From positions 1,540-65,539 of the forward strand of contig JBLIIJ010000008.1 in the NCBI GenBank assembly GCA_047635055.1: 64,000 bases of DNA, in the 5' to 3' direction. The first letter of the stretch is position 1. Every line of letters starts with the position of its first letter. The notes beneath the pieces were generated by a model. It was not told where the DNA came from and did no database searches. It was given only the letters and a program-made list of their open reading frames with translations. The translations under genes were made by a program, and so were the position numbers. Below, piece after piece: positions 48,524-57,517 of the stretch. This DNA comes from Cyclobacteriaceae bacterium (lineage in GTDB: Bacteria; Bacteroidota; Bacteroidia; Cytophagales; Cyclobacteriaceae).

Positions 48524-49765
48524 ATGATTTCCGAACAATCCATTTACATAACCTTATTATTAATAATCAGTGCTGATTTTATTCTCGAAAGAGTATTGAC
48601 TTTTCTAAATAACAAGAGTGCAAATTCAGCAATACCAAGTGAGCTTGAAGGTATTTACGACGAAGAGAAATACGCTAAATCTCAAGAATACAATCAAGAG
48701 TCTGATCGTTTTGGACTGTGGAGCGCTTCTTTGAGCTTTTCGCTCACTTTTCTTGCGATATATTTTGGATGGTTCGGCGCTTTGGACGGGTGGTTAAGGA
48801 ATTTCTCCCCATTTGAACCTGTGACCACCTTAATGTTTTTTGGTGTATTATTTGTTTTATCGGACTTAATAGGCATCCCTTTTTCTTTATACAAAACATT
48901 TGTAATTGAAGAAAAATATGGGTTCAACAAAATGACCGTAAAAACTTTTATAATAGATAAAATAAAAGGCTATTTGCTCACTTTAATCATTGGAGGCGTA
49001 TTACTATCTGTACTTATCTACTTGATAATGATATGGGGAAGTGGTTTTTGGGTTTATTTCTGGGTGGTGATTTCGGTATTCATGCTTTTCATGAATATGT
49101 TTTATGCCAGTGTACTTCTTCCTCTTTTTAATAAGTTAGTGCCCATGGAGTCTGGGGATTTGAAAAATGCGATCCAGAATTATTCTGAGAAGGTAAATTT
49201 CCCGCTAAAAAATATTTTTGTCATTGATGGCTCGAAAAGGTCGAGTAAAGGCAATGCCTTTTTTTCGGGATTGGGAAAGCAAAAGAAAGTAGTACTTTAT
49301 GATACTTTGATTGAAAATCATACAGTCGAGGAATTGACCGCCATTTTTGCCCACGAGGTAGGGCACTACAAGAAAAAACATATTGTACAAGGAGTTGTGA
49401 TAAGTGTTTTAAGTATTGGTTTTACGCTTTTTCTTTTATCTAAAATGATCCTTAATAGTGAAGTGAGTTGGGCAATGGGTGGAGAAATATCAGCCATACA
49501 TTTAAACATGCTTGCATTTGGGGTTTTATATTCACCATTGAGTCATATTATTGGGTTGTTCTCGAATATTCTAAGTCGAAAGAATGAATATGAGGCTGAT
49601 GCTTTTGCTGTGATAACTTTTGGCGGTCAGCCACTAATAGATGCATTAAAAAAATTGAGCACAGATCATCTGTCAAATCTAACACCTCATCCAGCGTATG
49701 TTTTTTTCAACTACTCTCATCCGCCGCTTATTCAAAGGGTGAAGGCTATGAAAAGTCTGATGTAG
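48524..49765 (+). CDS. M48 family (Ste24/CAAX prenyl protease-like) integral membrane zinc metalloprotease
   Basis: Multiple TM helices, HEVGHYKKKH (HExxH) and a downstream NEYEADAFA motif. Confidence 0.85.
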   Translation: MISEQSIYITLLLIISADFILERVLTFLNNKSANSAIPSELEGIYDEEKYAKSQEYNQESDRFGLWSASLSFSLTFLAIYFGWFGALDGWLRNFSPFEPVTTLMFFGVLFVLSDLIGIPFSLYKTFVIEEKYGFNKMTVKTFIIDKIKGYLLTLIIGGVLLSVLIYLIMIWGSGFWVYFWVVISVFMLFMNMFYASVLLPLFNKLVPMESGDLKNAIQNYSEKVNFPLKNIFVIDGSKRSSKGNAFFSGLGKQKKVVLYDTLIENHTVEELTAIFAHEVGHYKKKHIVQGVVISVLSIGFTLFLLSKMILNSEVSWAMGGEISAIHLNMLAFGVLYSPLSHIIGLFSNILSRKNEYEADAFAVITFGGQPLIDALKKLSTDHLSNLTPHPAYVFFNYSHPPLIQRVKAMKSLM

Positions 49766-50046
49766 ACAATCACTTTTGGAATATGCGTTGGTTCAAGATC
49801 ACCAAATGTCACATTCCTAAGCGTAAGTTTTAGTCAATGTGTCAAGGAGTGAAGTTTGAAAATGTCTTCTGCTGAAGAATTCAGGAAATGTCAGATCGAT
49901 CATTCTTTTGATTTCAGATCTATTGCAGTTTCACGAGCTTTATGGTCGGACAGAGGATATTAAATTTCTGGGTTGTGTAGATTCCAAACGAGTTGTTGAA
50001 CGAAAGAACCAAACTTTAACAAGATTGGAAATAGATAGAAAATCAA

Positions 50047-51111
50047 TTAGATGAAATCAATTTCTGCTCTAAACGGAAATTTCATTAAATATTTGTGAGC
50101 ATCGTTTACAGTCATTTCTTTATTGATAATTCTGTAAAGGGTCTCCGTAATAGGGCATCTCACTTTATAAGTTTTAGAGAGTTTATTTATGATATTGATG
50201 GTCTTGACTCCCTCAGCGACTTCCTCCATAGAATCAATGATATCTGAAATAACTTCACCTTGAGCAAGACGAAACCCAACAGTATAATTTCTGCTTAAGC
50301 TACTCGCACTAGTGGCTATAAGGTCACCCACTCCTGCAAGCCCTAAGAATGCTTGTGCATTTCCTCCGAGCGCTTTGCCAATGTGCACCATTTCTACCAG
50401 CCCACGGCTAATAAACAAAGCTCTTGCATTATCCCCTAATTTGAGCCCAGCTATCGTTCCTGCGCCTACAGCAATGATGTTTTTGAGTATTCCGCACAGT
50501 TCTATACCTATAAGATCATTACTTCCATAAATCAGAAAACGGTCACTTCTTAGCAAGCTTTGGCCTACTCTGATTACTTCATCGAAATGACTTGCCACGA
50601 CTGTGGCAGCAGGTTTTCGTTCACTTATTTCGGTTGCAAGGTTCGGTCCCGCTAAGCAACCTACTCTTACCACTGAGCTCTCTTCCAAAATCACTTCACT
50701 CATCGTGCGAACATGGTCTCTGGAAAGTGGATTCTGAGCATCAATCTTTGATGGATCAGTGACATTAAGGTCAAAGCCTTTTGTACCGTGAATTAAAATG
50801 TGATAAGGTTTTAGAAAAGGACTTAGCCCTTTAATCATTGTCCTAAAATTAGCGGAAGGTACGATAGGGAATATTACTTCACAGTTGTTTCCTATTTCTT
50901 CAAAACTATTCGTGAGGAGGATGTTGTCTTGTAGTTTTTGTCCGCCACTACTGCGTGTTTCTCCCATCGCTTTGACACGTTCTGGTCTATGAGAATACAA
51001 AATAACAGACTGGTTATTTTCTGCAAGAATATTAGCCATGGCTGTACCGAAGCTCCCAGCTCCAATAACTCCAATTGGTTTTTTAGAGGTGTTTTTCGAG
51101 CTCATAACCAT
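50047..51111 (-). CDS. gpsA: NAD(P)H-dependent glycerol-3-phosphate dehydrogenase
   Basis: IGVIGAGSFGTAMANIL Rossmann motif, GILKNIIAVGAG, LGDNARALFISRGLVEM. Confidence 0.85.
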   Translation of the reverse strand: MVMSSKNTSKKPIGVIGAGSFGTAMANILAENNQSVILYSHRPERVKAMGETRSSGGQKLQDNILLTNSFEEIGNNCEVIFPIVPSANFRTMIKGLSPFLKPYHILIHGTKGFDLNVTDPSKIDAQNPLSRDHVRTMSEVILEESSVVRVGCLAGPNLATEISERKPAATVVASHFDEVIRVGQSLLRSDRFLIYGSNDLIGIELCGILKNIIAVGAGTIAGLKLGDNARALFISRGLVEMVHIGKALGGNAQAFLGLAGVGDLIATSASSLSRNYTVGFRLAQGEVISDIIDSMEEVAEGVKTINIINKLSKTYKVRCPITETLYRIINKEMTVNDAHKYLMKFPFRAEIDFI

Positions 51112-52765
51112 CCATTCTGTTGTGGTAATAGTACAATGTGTTCATGTCCTGAACAATGATTTTATTTCCGTCCTTACTTTTGATCAATGGACGTTGTGCA
51201 TGGTACATGCCGACGTTTTTAACGCCAAGTTCAATACTTTCGTCAGCCTTATATTTCATATGGCCAGCGACATCTACTTTCTGTTTTCTATAAAGCTTCA
51301 TAAGCCGTTTTCGTAGCTTTTTATAGTCTTTTTTAAACTCTAGGTAATCTATTTCTAAATCTTCATCGTGGAGCCTGAGTAGACTATACAGATCGAGTTT
51401 CGGATTCTTTCTTTGAAGAATTTTGAATGCTACGAATGCTACCAAATGACTGGCGAAGACCCTGTTGTGTTTATGAAACTCTTCAACAATTCGCTTGGCA
51501 AGAATTCTAACGTATTCTTGCTCTCGTTGCTTGTCAAAAGTAATTTTCCCTGCGCTTACGAAATAGTCTCTGGAATCTATCGCATTGCCATTGGCATCTA
51601 GACTGACTCCTTCATCAGTGACATAATTACCAAGAATATCCATTCCTTTACCAATAGTCACAGATATGTCAGATCCCTTGGTGAAAAATTTAAAAAGAAA
51701 TGTCGCGATGCGATAAGAAGTGGTGAACTCGTCATTCTCTTTATAATACCTTTCTTGGCCTGTTGCTTTTAAGTGATCATTGATTAGTGAAGGAGCTTCG
51801 AGCGTGAAGTGGTAATTCAAAACGACAGGAACTACAAATATTTTCCGTGCAGGCTTGTCGCTAGATTCTTCCTGAAAAGCTATTCTTTGTGCTTCGACTG
51901 TTGTTCCTAGTAGGCCGAGTTTTAGAGATTTTTCAATATGCCCGGACCTGGATCTTGTACCTCCTGGAAAAAAAAGACTATGACAACCTTTTCTTAATGC
52001 GAGGCTTGAGTAAGTCTTTAATGCTTCTAAGTAAACTGGATTTTTCTTTCTTCTGTCGACTTTGTAAGCTCCCAGGCTGTTCATGAAATAAGCGAACACT
52101 TTTAAATTGAACAGGTTTAGTCCCGCGCCATAAAGGAAAGCAGGTAGCCCAAGAAATTGAATAACCCATCCAATGAGGATGGAGTCCAGATTGCTGAAAT
52201 GCGTAGGAACCATTACGACAGTTCCTATTTTGGCCAATTTCCTTATATGCTCAGGCTGGCCTTGGATATGAATTTTATCATCAAGATCTAATTGTCGACT
52301 AAATAAAGAAGTAAAGCCTTTGACTCTGGCGGCATTTAGGAGCCTGGCAAAGCCAAAAGTGATAAATTTCTTTGCAAAACGGTACGAATTCCGCCTGAAG
52401 CTACCAGCTATTTCATCGGTATATCGATAAATAATTTCTTTGAGAATTTTTTCTTCAACCTCCTTTGATTCCTCTTTCGGAAGCTGATGACTATCTAGTA
52501 ATCTCTTTTGGATATTTAACCAGAACGGCTTATCATCTTTTGGGTCAACTCGCCAAGGGTTGGATTTAACCCTCAACTTTTCCCTATAGACGGTCATTTC
52601 GAGTTCCTCTCGAAGGGACCTTCCTCTCGTTATTTTTTGGAGATTATTGAACGTTTCTGCTGAAGCCTCTTCAATAAACTCTTTTCTATGTTTCGCGAGT
52701 TGAACAATTGGCCATTGCTGTGTTCTAGGAATAATCTCCGGATATTTGACCTTTTTTCTGCTCAT
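51083..52765 (-). CDS. Large glycerolipid acyltransferase (GPAT/PlsB-like or 1-acyl-sn-glycerol-3-phosphate acyltransferase family)
   Basis: HxxxxD acyltransferase motif PTHFSNLDSIL, and FFPGGTRSRSG (block III). Overlaps the gpsA start by 29 nt, consistent with an operon. Confidence 0.7.
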   Translation of the reverse strand: MSRKKVKYPEIIPRTQQWPIVQLAKHRKEFIEEASAETFNNLQKITRGRSLREELEMTVYREKLRVKSNPWRVDPKDDKPFWLNIQKRLLDSHQLPKEESKEVEEKILKEIIYRYTDEIAGSFRRNSYRFAKKFITFGFARLLNAARVKGFTSLFSRQLDLDDKIHIQGQPEHIRKLAKIGTVVMVPTHFSNLDSILIGWVIQFLGLPAFLYGAGLNLFNLKVFAYFMNSLGAYKVDRRKKNPVYLEALKTYSSLALRKGCHSLFFPGGTRSRSGHIEKSLKLGLLGTTVEAQRIAFQEESSDKPARKIFVVPVVLNYHFTLEAPSLINDHLKATGQERYYKENDEFTTSYRIATFLFKFFTKGSDISVTIGKGMDILGNYVTDEGVSLDANGNAIDSRDYFVSAGKITFDKQREQEYVRILAKRIVEEFHKHNRVFASHLVAFVAFKILQRKNPKLDLYSLLRLHDEDLEIDYLEFKKDYKKLRKRLMKLYRKQKVDVAGHMKYKADESIELGVKNVGMYHAQRPLIKSKDGNKIIVQDMNTLYYYHNRMDGYELEKHL

Positions 52766-53072
52766 TCAACCAGTTATTGGATTGCAAAGTAGCAGATATT
52801 TTCATTCAAAATCTAAATAAATCAATCGTTTACAAGTATCCGTCAAATTACCGTTAAGCCTCACATCCTTCTCGCTCAACTTATCTGCCTGTTAAATACA
52901 ACTAAAAGCGCGGCAAAGTCATCTTCTTAAGTATTTGATGGTTGCTCTAGCCGCAGATTTTGGTGATTTGAGAGTAACAGTCATGACATTCATAGTGAAC
53001 AAATACGATCCACGGAGGGTATTGATGTTTGTTATGATGATTCTTCGGACTAATATTGTGTACTGAAAATTA

Positions 53073-54047
53073 ATGAGCCTGAATCTTAACGATATACAAG
53101 AACCTGTCGCAACTGAAATGCGAAATTTTGAAAAGAAATTTCGTGGATCAATGAAAAGTAATGTGATGCTCCTCGATAAGATCACGAACTATATCGTGCG
53201 TCGGAAAGGGAAGCAGATGCGACCTTTATTCGTTTTTCTCAGTGCGGGTGCTACAAATGGCATACAAGAATCTACTTTTCGTGGAGCAGCGCTTATTGAA
53301 TTATTACATACTGCAACATTGGTTCACGATGATGTCGTTGATGATTCTCATTATAGACGAGGTTTTTTTTCGATAAACGCGCTTTGGAAAAACAAGATAG
53401 CGGTACTTGTTGGTGATTTTCTATTATCTAGAGGGCTGTTACTCTCTTTAGAAAATAATGATTATGATTTATTGAAAATCGTTTCACTTGCCGTAAAAGA
53501 AATGAGTGAAGGTGAACTTCTTCAGATGGAGAAAGCACGAAAGCTTGATATCACCGAATCAATTTATTACGAAATCATCCAACAGAAAACGGCAAGCCTG
53601 ATAACCTCATGCTGTAGAGTAGGTGCAACCTCGGCAGGAGCTAGTGAAGATGTTATTGATAAAATGACAGAGTTCGGTAGAAACGTTGGGATGGCTTTTC
53701 AGATAAAAGATGACCTTTTCGACTATGGAACTTACGCTATAGGTAAGCCTACCGGTATTGATATCAAAGAAAAGAAAATGACGCTTCCTTTAATCTACGC
53801 ATTGAATCATAGTGATCGATCAGAAAAGAAGCGTATTATGAAACTTATCAAACGTGGTGAAAACGATGATAAGGCAGTTTCTGAAGTAATTAGTTACGTA
53901 AAGGCTTCTGGTGGAATTACTTATGCGATAGAAGTGATGAACGAATATCACAACAAAGCCAAAGAGGCCTTGGAAGGGCTTCCAGAGTCTGCTTATAAAA
54001 CCTCACTCAATCAATTGGTACAATTCACCATTGATAGATCGAAATAA
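53073..54047 (+). CDS. Polyprenyl diphosphate synthase (IspB/octaprenyl-diphosphate synthase-like)
   Basis: First and second Asp-rich motifs LVHDDVVDDS and QIKDDLFDY; GKPTGIDIKEKKMTLPLI. Confidence 0.85.
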   Translation: MSLNLNDIQEPVATEMRNFEKKFRGSMKSNVMLLDKITNYIVRRKGKQMRPLFVFLSAGATNGIQESTFRGAALIELLHTATLVHDDVVDDSHYRRGFFSINALWKNKIAVLVGDFLLSRGLLLSLENNDYDLLKIVSLAVKEMSEGELLQMEKARKLDITESIYYEIIQQKTASLITSCCRVGATSAGASEDVIDKMTEFGRNVGMAFQIKDDLFDYGTYAIGKPTGIDIKEKKMTLPLIYALNHSDRSEKKRIMKLIKRGENDDKAVSEVISYVKASGGITYAIEVMNEYHNKAKEALEGLPESAYKTSLNQLVQFTIDRSK

Positions 54048-55229
54048 TCAATTCAGCTCCTGAATTGTTTTCTGAAAGGCTATTTTAAAATCCTCAAAGT
54101 AATGTCCAGTTCCAGGACCTGTAAAACCTGTATGTATTCTTTTGATGTCGTGTGTCTTGTCTAAAAAAATCAATGTTGGGAAAGAAATAACGGCGTTAAG
54201 CATCGGTAAAGTCTTAGCAGCTTCAAGTTTATCATAGGCGCCAGCATACACGATTGGATAAGGGACCTGAAGTTTCGATTTTAACTTGTTGATCCTTTTA
54301 TAAGCATATGAAGGACTGTCACCATATTCATAAGCCAAACCAATGACATTGATATTCTTATCTGGGTTTTCGGCTAACCACTCAACTAAAAACTTCGTCT
54401 CATCCATACAGTTGGGACACCAGGTGCCAAGAAGCTGTATTATGGTAGGTCGACCGATGAGGTCAGCTAGTTTCATTGAATCACCCTCCTCGTTGAGAAA
54501 GGTAAAGTCTACTTTTTTGAAACCATCTTTTAGAAATGTGAGTGAATCTGCCGAGCGCAAACTGTAATAATCATCTCTGACCCCCGACCAACTGGCATAG
54601 TAATGGTTCCCCGACCAAAATCCACCGCTTAAAGTGTCATTCACAAGTTCGGCTTCAAATAGGAATGCGTGACTTCCGTCAAAAGTAGAGAGCTGTAGGA
54701 ATTTCTCGTTTGCGACTCCTTCCAAATATCGGTAATCTCCAGTTTCAGTGATAAAAGTTCCGGTGATTGTAGTGTCATTAGATTTAAAAATACCGATGGC
54801 CGGAAATGAACCATCCTCATCGGTAAAAGTTACTTTCCACCGACCAGTGAATTCACCATTAGAAGTGTTGGCGTTTTCAAATCGCTTTGTTGATTTTATG
54901 GCTTTAAAAGGGATTTGATAATTTGATTCATAATTCCTTAGGTAGGTTCCTGACAATATGCCATTTAGTTTCCTGAGGCGAAATTGGGTGTCGAATATTT
55001 CCATATTAATGAACAGCGAATCTTCAGTTTCATTAATGTCTGTAATATGAATTACTTCCTTTGAATTGATAAATGAGGCGTCCCATTTTCCGTCTCTTTT
55101 GTCTAAGTGAAAAGTGAAGGGGATGTTATTTTTTTCTAACTGAAGTAAACCTTGCCAAGCCCCAGAGTAATCAATATTGGTTCCACATCCGAAGAGAATG
55201 GTAAAAGCTAGCATACAATGAATTTTCAA
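54048..55229 (-). CDS. TlpA-like thiol-disulfide oxidoreductase with a large N-terminal lipocalin-like or unknown domain
   Basis: C-terminal thioredoxin fold with LLGTWCPNCMDE (CxxC). Lipoprotein-like N-terminus MLAFTILFGCG. Its stop codon directly abuts the stop of the convergent polyprenyl synthase gene. Confidence 0.7.
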   Translation of the reverse strand: MKIHCMLAFTILFGCGTNIDYSGAWQGLLQLEKNNIPFTFHLDKRDGKWDASFINSKEVIHITDINETEDSLFINMEIFDTQFRLRKLNGILSGTYLRNYESNYQIPFKAIKSTKRFENANTSNGEFTGRWKVTFTDEDGSFPAIGIFKSNDTTITGTFITETGDYRYLEGVANEKFLQLSTFDGSHAFLFEAELVNDTLSGGFWSGNHYYASWSGVRDDYYSLRSADSLTFLKDGFKKVDFTFLNEEGDSMKLADLIGRPTIIQLLGTWCPNCMDETKFLVEWLAENPDKNINVIGLAYEYGDSPSYAYKRINKLKSKLQVPYPIVYAGAYDKLEAAKTLPMLNAVISFPTLIFLDKTHDIKRIHTGFTGPGTGHYFEDFKIAFQKTIQELN

Positions 55230-55383
55230 GAGACTTTATTTTAATAGTACTAATTATTTTGTTTTTTCGGTTAACGAGCAATATAGCCTCTTTAACGAGC
55301 TTAAATGCTTACCATCAGGATCATACTGTATCGGAGAATAAAAAAGAACGATATTTCTTATATACGGCATTAAATTCAGTCTT

Positions 55384-56649
55384 ATGTACAAGTTCTTCTT
55401 AGTTCTTTTATTATTTGGGTTTCTATGTAATAGTTCGGTGCTTGGCCAATGTCCGCCTTCTGGAGGAGGCACTTGGGGAGGAGGGACCATCACAACTTAT
55501 TGTACAGTGACTGGAGATTTACATATTAATGGAGGATCAATAACTATAGCATCAGGTGGTAGTCTTACAATCAATGGTAGTTTTTTTAACATCGGTAATG
55601 GTGCTTTTACGGTGACTGGCGGTGGGGAGTTAGAAGTTACCGGATCATTCACGAATGGAAAAAACGGAGATGTGCAGTTTCTCGATGGGACTATTTCAAT
55701 TGGTGGGGATTTTGTGAATAGCGGACAAGGTACCATTGCATCAGCAGGCGTTGTAAATATAGCAGGGGATTTTACGAGTACAAGTAATCAATCTATTACA
55801 GTTTCAGGTGGACTAGCTATTGGAGGCACGGCAGATGTACAAGGAAACACTACGATAGAAATACTATCAGGAGGTGTGGTTAAAGCGGACTCATTCAGCG
55901 GAACAGCTCCAGTTACAATAGCCAATGGAGGTACTATATATGTGGTAAATGGGATTCCTGATGGTACAGTAACCACCAATGATAATGCAATGGCTGATAC
56001 CGACTGTTCTAATAATTGCTGTGGAGCGCAGTGTACCCCAGTGGTTGGTGGTTCTGGCGGAGATGCATTAAATGAAACAGGCAATGAGGCTTTACCCGTT
56101 GAGCTTCTCGCGTTTAATGTTGTCTTGTTAGATAATGAAATTGAAATCAGCTGGACTTCTGCATCAGAATTGAATAACGATTTTTATGAGATAGAAAGAG
56201 CGCTAACTGCTTCAAGTTTTGAGACTATCGCCAAGATAGACGGTGCTGGGACAAGTGACGAGCTGTTGAAGTATACTTATAGAGATTATATGAGGTGGGA
56301 TGGGATCGTCTATTACAGATTGAAACAAACCGATTGTGATGGTAAGTTTGAATATTTTAAGATAAAATCAATTGATGCTTCAAGCCTTGCTCAGCAACGC
56401 ATTAAAGTTTTTCCTAATAAGGCAAAGTCAGGAACTAACATCATTGTAATGGGTTTGCCGGTTTCTGAGGATAAGGTTGGACTGATGTTTAATGACATGT
56501 CTGGTAAGTCCTCCATTTACATTGAATTGGAAAGTACATGTGGCGTAAGGGCTTTCATCTTACCGAACATTCCTGATGGTATTTATTTGTTGGTTGGGGA
56601 ACTTCACGGAACGATAATACGTGAACTACTAATTGTTTCGAACAAGTAA
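55384..56649 (+). CDS. Secreted Gly/Thr-rich beta-helix-like repeat protein with a probable T9SS C-terminal domain
   Basis: Signal peptide. About 190 aa of imperfect ~20-aa repeats (INGGSITIASGGSLTINGSF, VTGGGELEVTGSFTNG, ISIGGDFVNSGQGTI, NIAGDFTSTSNQSI...). Cys clusters at both ends of the repeats. LPVELLAFNV...ISWTSASELNNDFYEIER module. C-terminus KVFPNKAKSG...GIYLLVGELHG. Confidence 0.6.
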   Translation: MYKFFLVLLLFGFLCNSSVLGQCPPSGGGTWGGGTITTYCTVTGDLHINGGSITIASGGSLTINGSFFNIGNGAFTVTGGGELEVTGSFTNGKNGDVQFLDGTISIGGDFVNSGQGTIASAGVVNIAGDFTSTSNQSITVSGGLAIGGTADVQGNTTIEILSGGVVKADSFSGTAPVTIANGGTIYVVNGIPDGTVTTNDNAMADTDCSNNCCGAQCTPVVGGSGGDALNETGNEALPVELLAFNVVLLDNEIEISWTSASELNNDFYEIERALTASSFETIAKIDGAGTSDELLKYTYRDYMRWDGIVYYRLKQTDCDGKFEYFKIKSIDASSLAQQRIKVFPNKAKSGTNIIVMGLPVSEDKVGLMFNDMSGKSSIYIELESTCGVRAFILPNIPDGIYLLVGELHGTIIRELLIVSNK

Positions 56650-57000
56650 GCGTGGGTTTTCCGTCTTTATACGATGAAAACTGTACTATATTCTTTTAAA
56701 GAGGTTTTTTCGGATGAATCAGTTTTCTTCTGAGAAATGTTGTTCTTTAAAAAAAGAACAACGTAAAAAGGAAGACAGCCAATACTGCTACATCTAAGAT
56801 TCGGGCTATATTTTTTCTTCTTTGGTCTGACATTTTAATTATCGAGGCGATATTTTTTAATATTATTTTAACTGTATTAAATTATACTATTCAAAGTTAA
56901 TAAACTTATTTCGGTACGATAATGTTTTTTGATTAAACCAGCTTTTTTATAGACGGATTTCAATTAAGGCTTGTTTAAAGTGATTTTGAAAAAATTGATT

Positions 57001-57008
57001 TAAATTTG
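57001..57008 (+). promoter_or_regulatory. Candidate -7 box (TAnnTTTG) for the FKBP gene
   Basis: TAAATTTG at 57001-57008, 33 nt upstream of ATG 57041. Confidence 0.35.
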
Positions 57009-57040
57009 TAGCTTTAGTTGAATAGGAATAAAAAGTAAGC

Positions 57041-57469
57041 ATGAGCATAGCAAAGTCAAAAGATACCGTAAAAGTACATTACACAGGCAAGTTAGAAGGT
57101 GGTCAGATTTTCGACTCATCTGTTGAAAGAGATCCATTGCAATTTGTGATCGATGAAGGACAGATGATCAAAGGATTCAATGATGCAGTAATAGGAATGT
57201 CCATAGAAGAGGAGAAATCAGTGACTATACCCAAGGCTGAGGCTTATGGGGAATACAATGAGCAACTTATCCAAGACGTTAGTCGTGGTGAGTTACCTGA
57301 AGATATGCAACCAGAAGTGGGGCAAACATTGGTAGCTTCTAGTTCCGAAGGACAGCAGCAGCATGTTGTTATTAAAGAAGTAACTGCTGAGTCGATTAAG
57401 ATTGATGCAAATCACCCTTTAGCAGGGAAAGATTTGATTTTCGATATCCAATTGCTGGAAATCGTTTAG
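57041..57469 (+). CDS. FKBP-type peptidyl-prolyl cis-trans isomerase, SlyD-like (with an insert-in-flap domain)
   Basis: VKVHYTGKLEGGQIFDSS...PLQFVIDEGQMIKGFNDAVIGM...AEAYGEY...HPLAGKDLIFDIQLLEI. Confidence 0.85.
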   Translation: MSIAKSKDTVKVHYTGKLEGGQIFDSSVERDPLQFVIDEGQMIKGFNDAVIGMSIEEEKSVTIPKAEAYGEYNEQLIQDVSRGELPEDMQPEVGQTLVASSSEGQQQHVVIKEVTAESIKIDANHPLAGKDLIFDIQLLEIV

Positions 57470-57490
57470 TAAAAACAAAATAAGATCATA

Positions 57491-57517
57491 AAAAGGCTGA
57501 ATTATTCAGCCTTTTTT
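57491..57517. terminator. Bidirectional terminator between the FKBP gene and the histidine kinase gene
   Basis: AAAA-GGCTGA-attat-TCAGCC-TTTTTT. The T-run reaches the stop codon of the convergent kinase gene. Confidence 0.65.
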
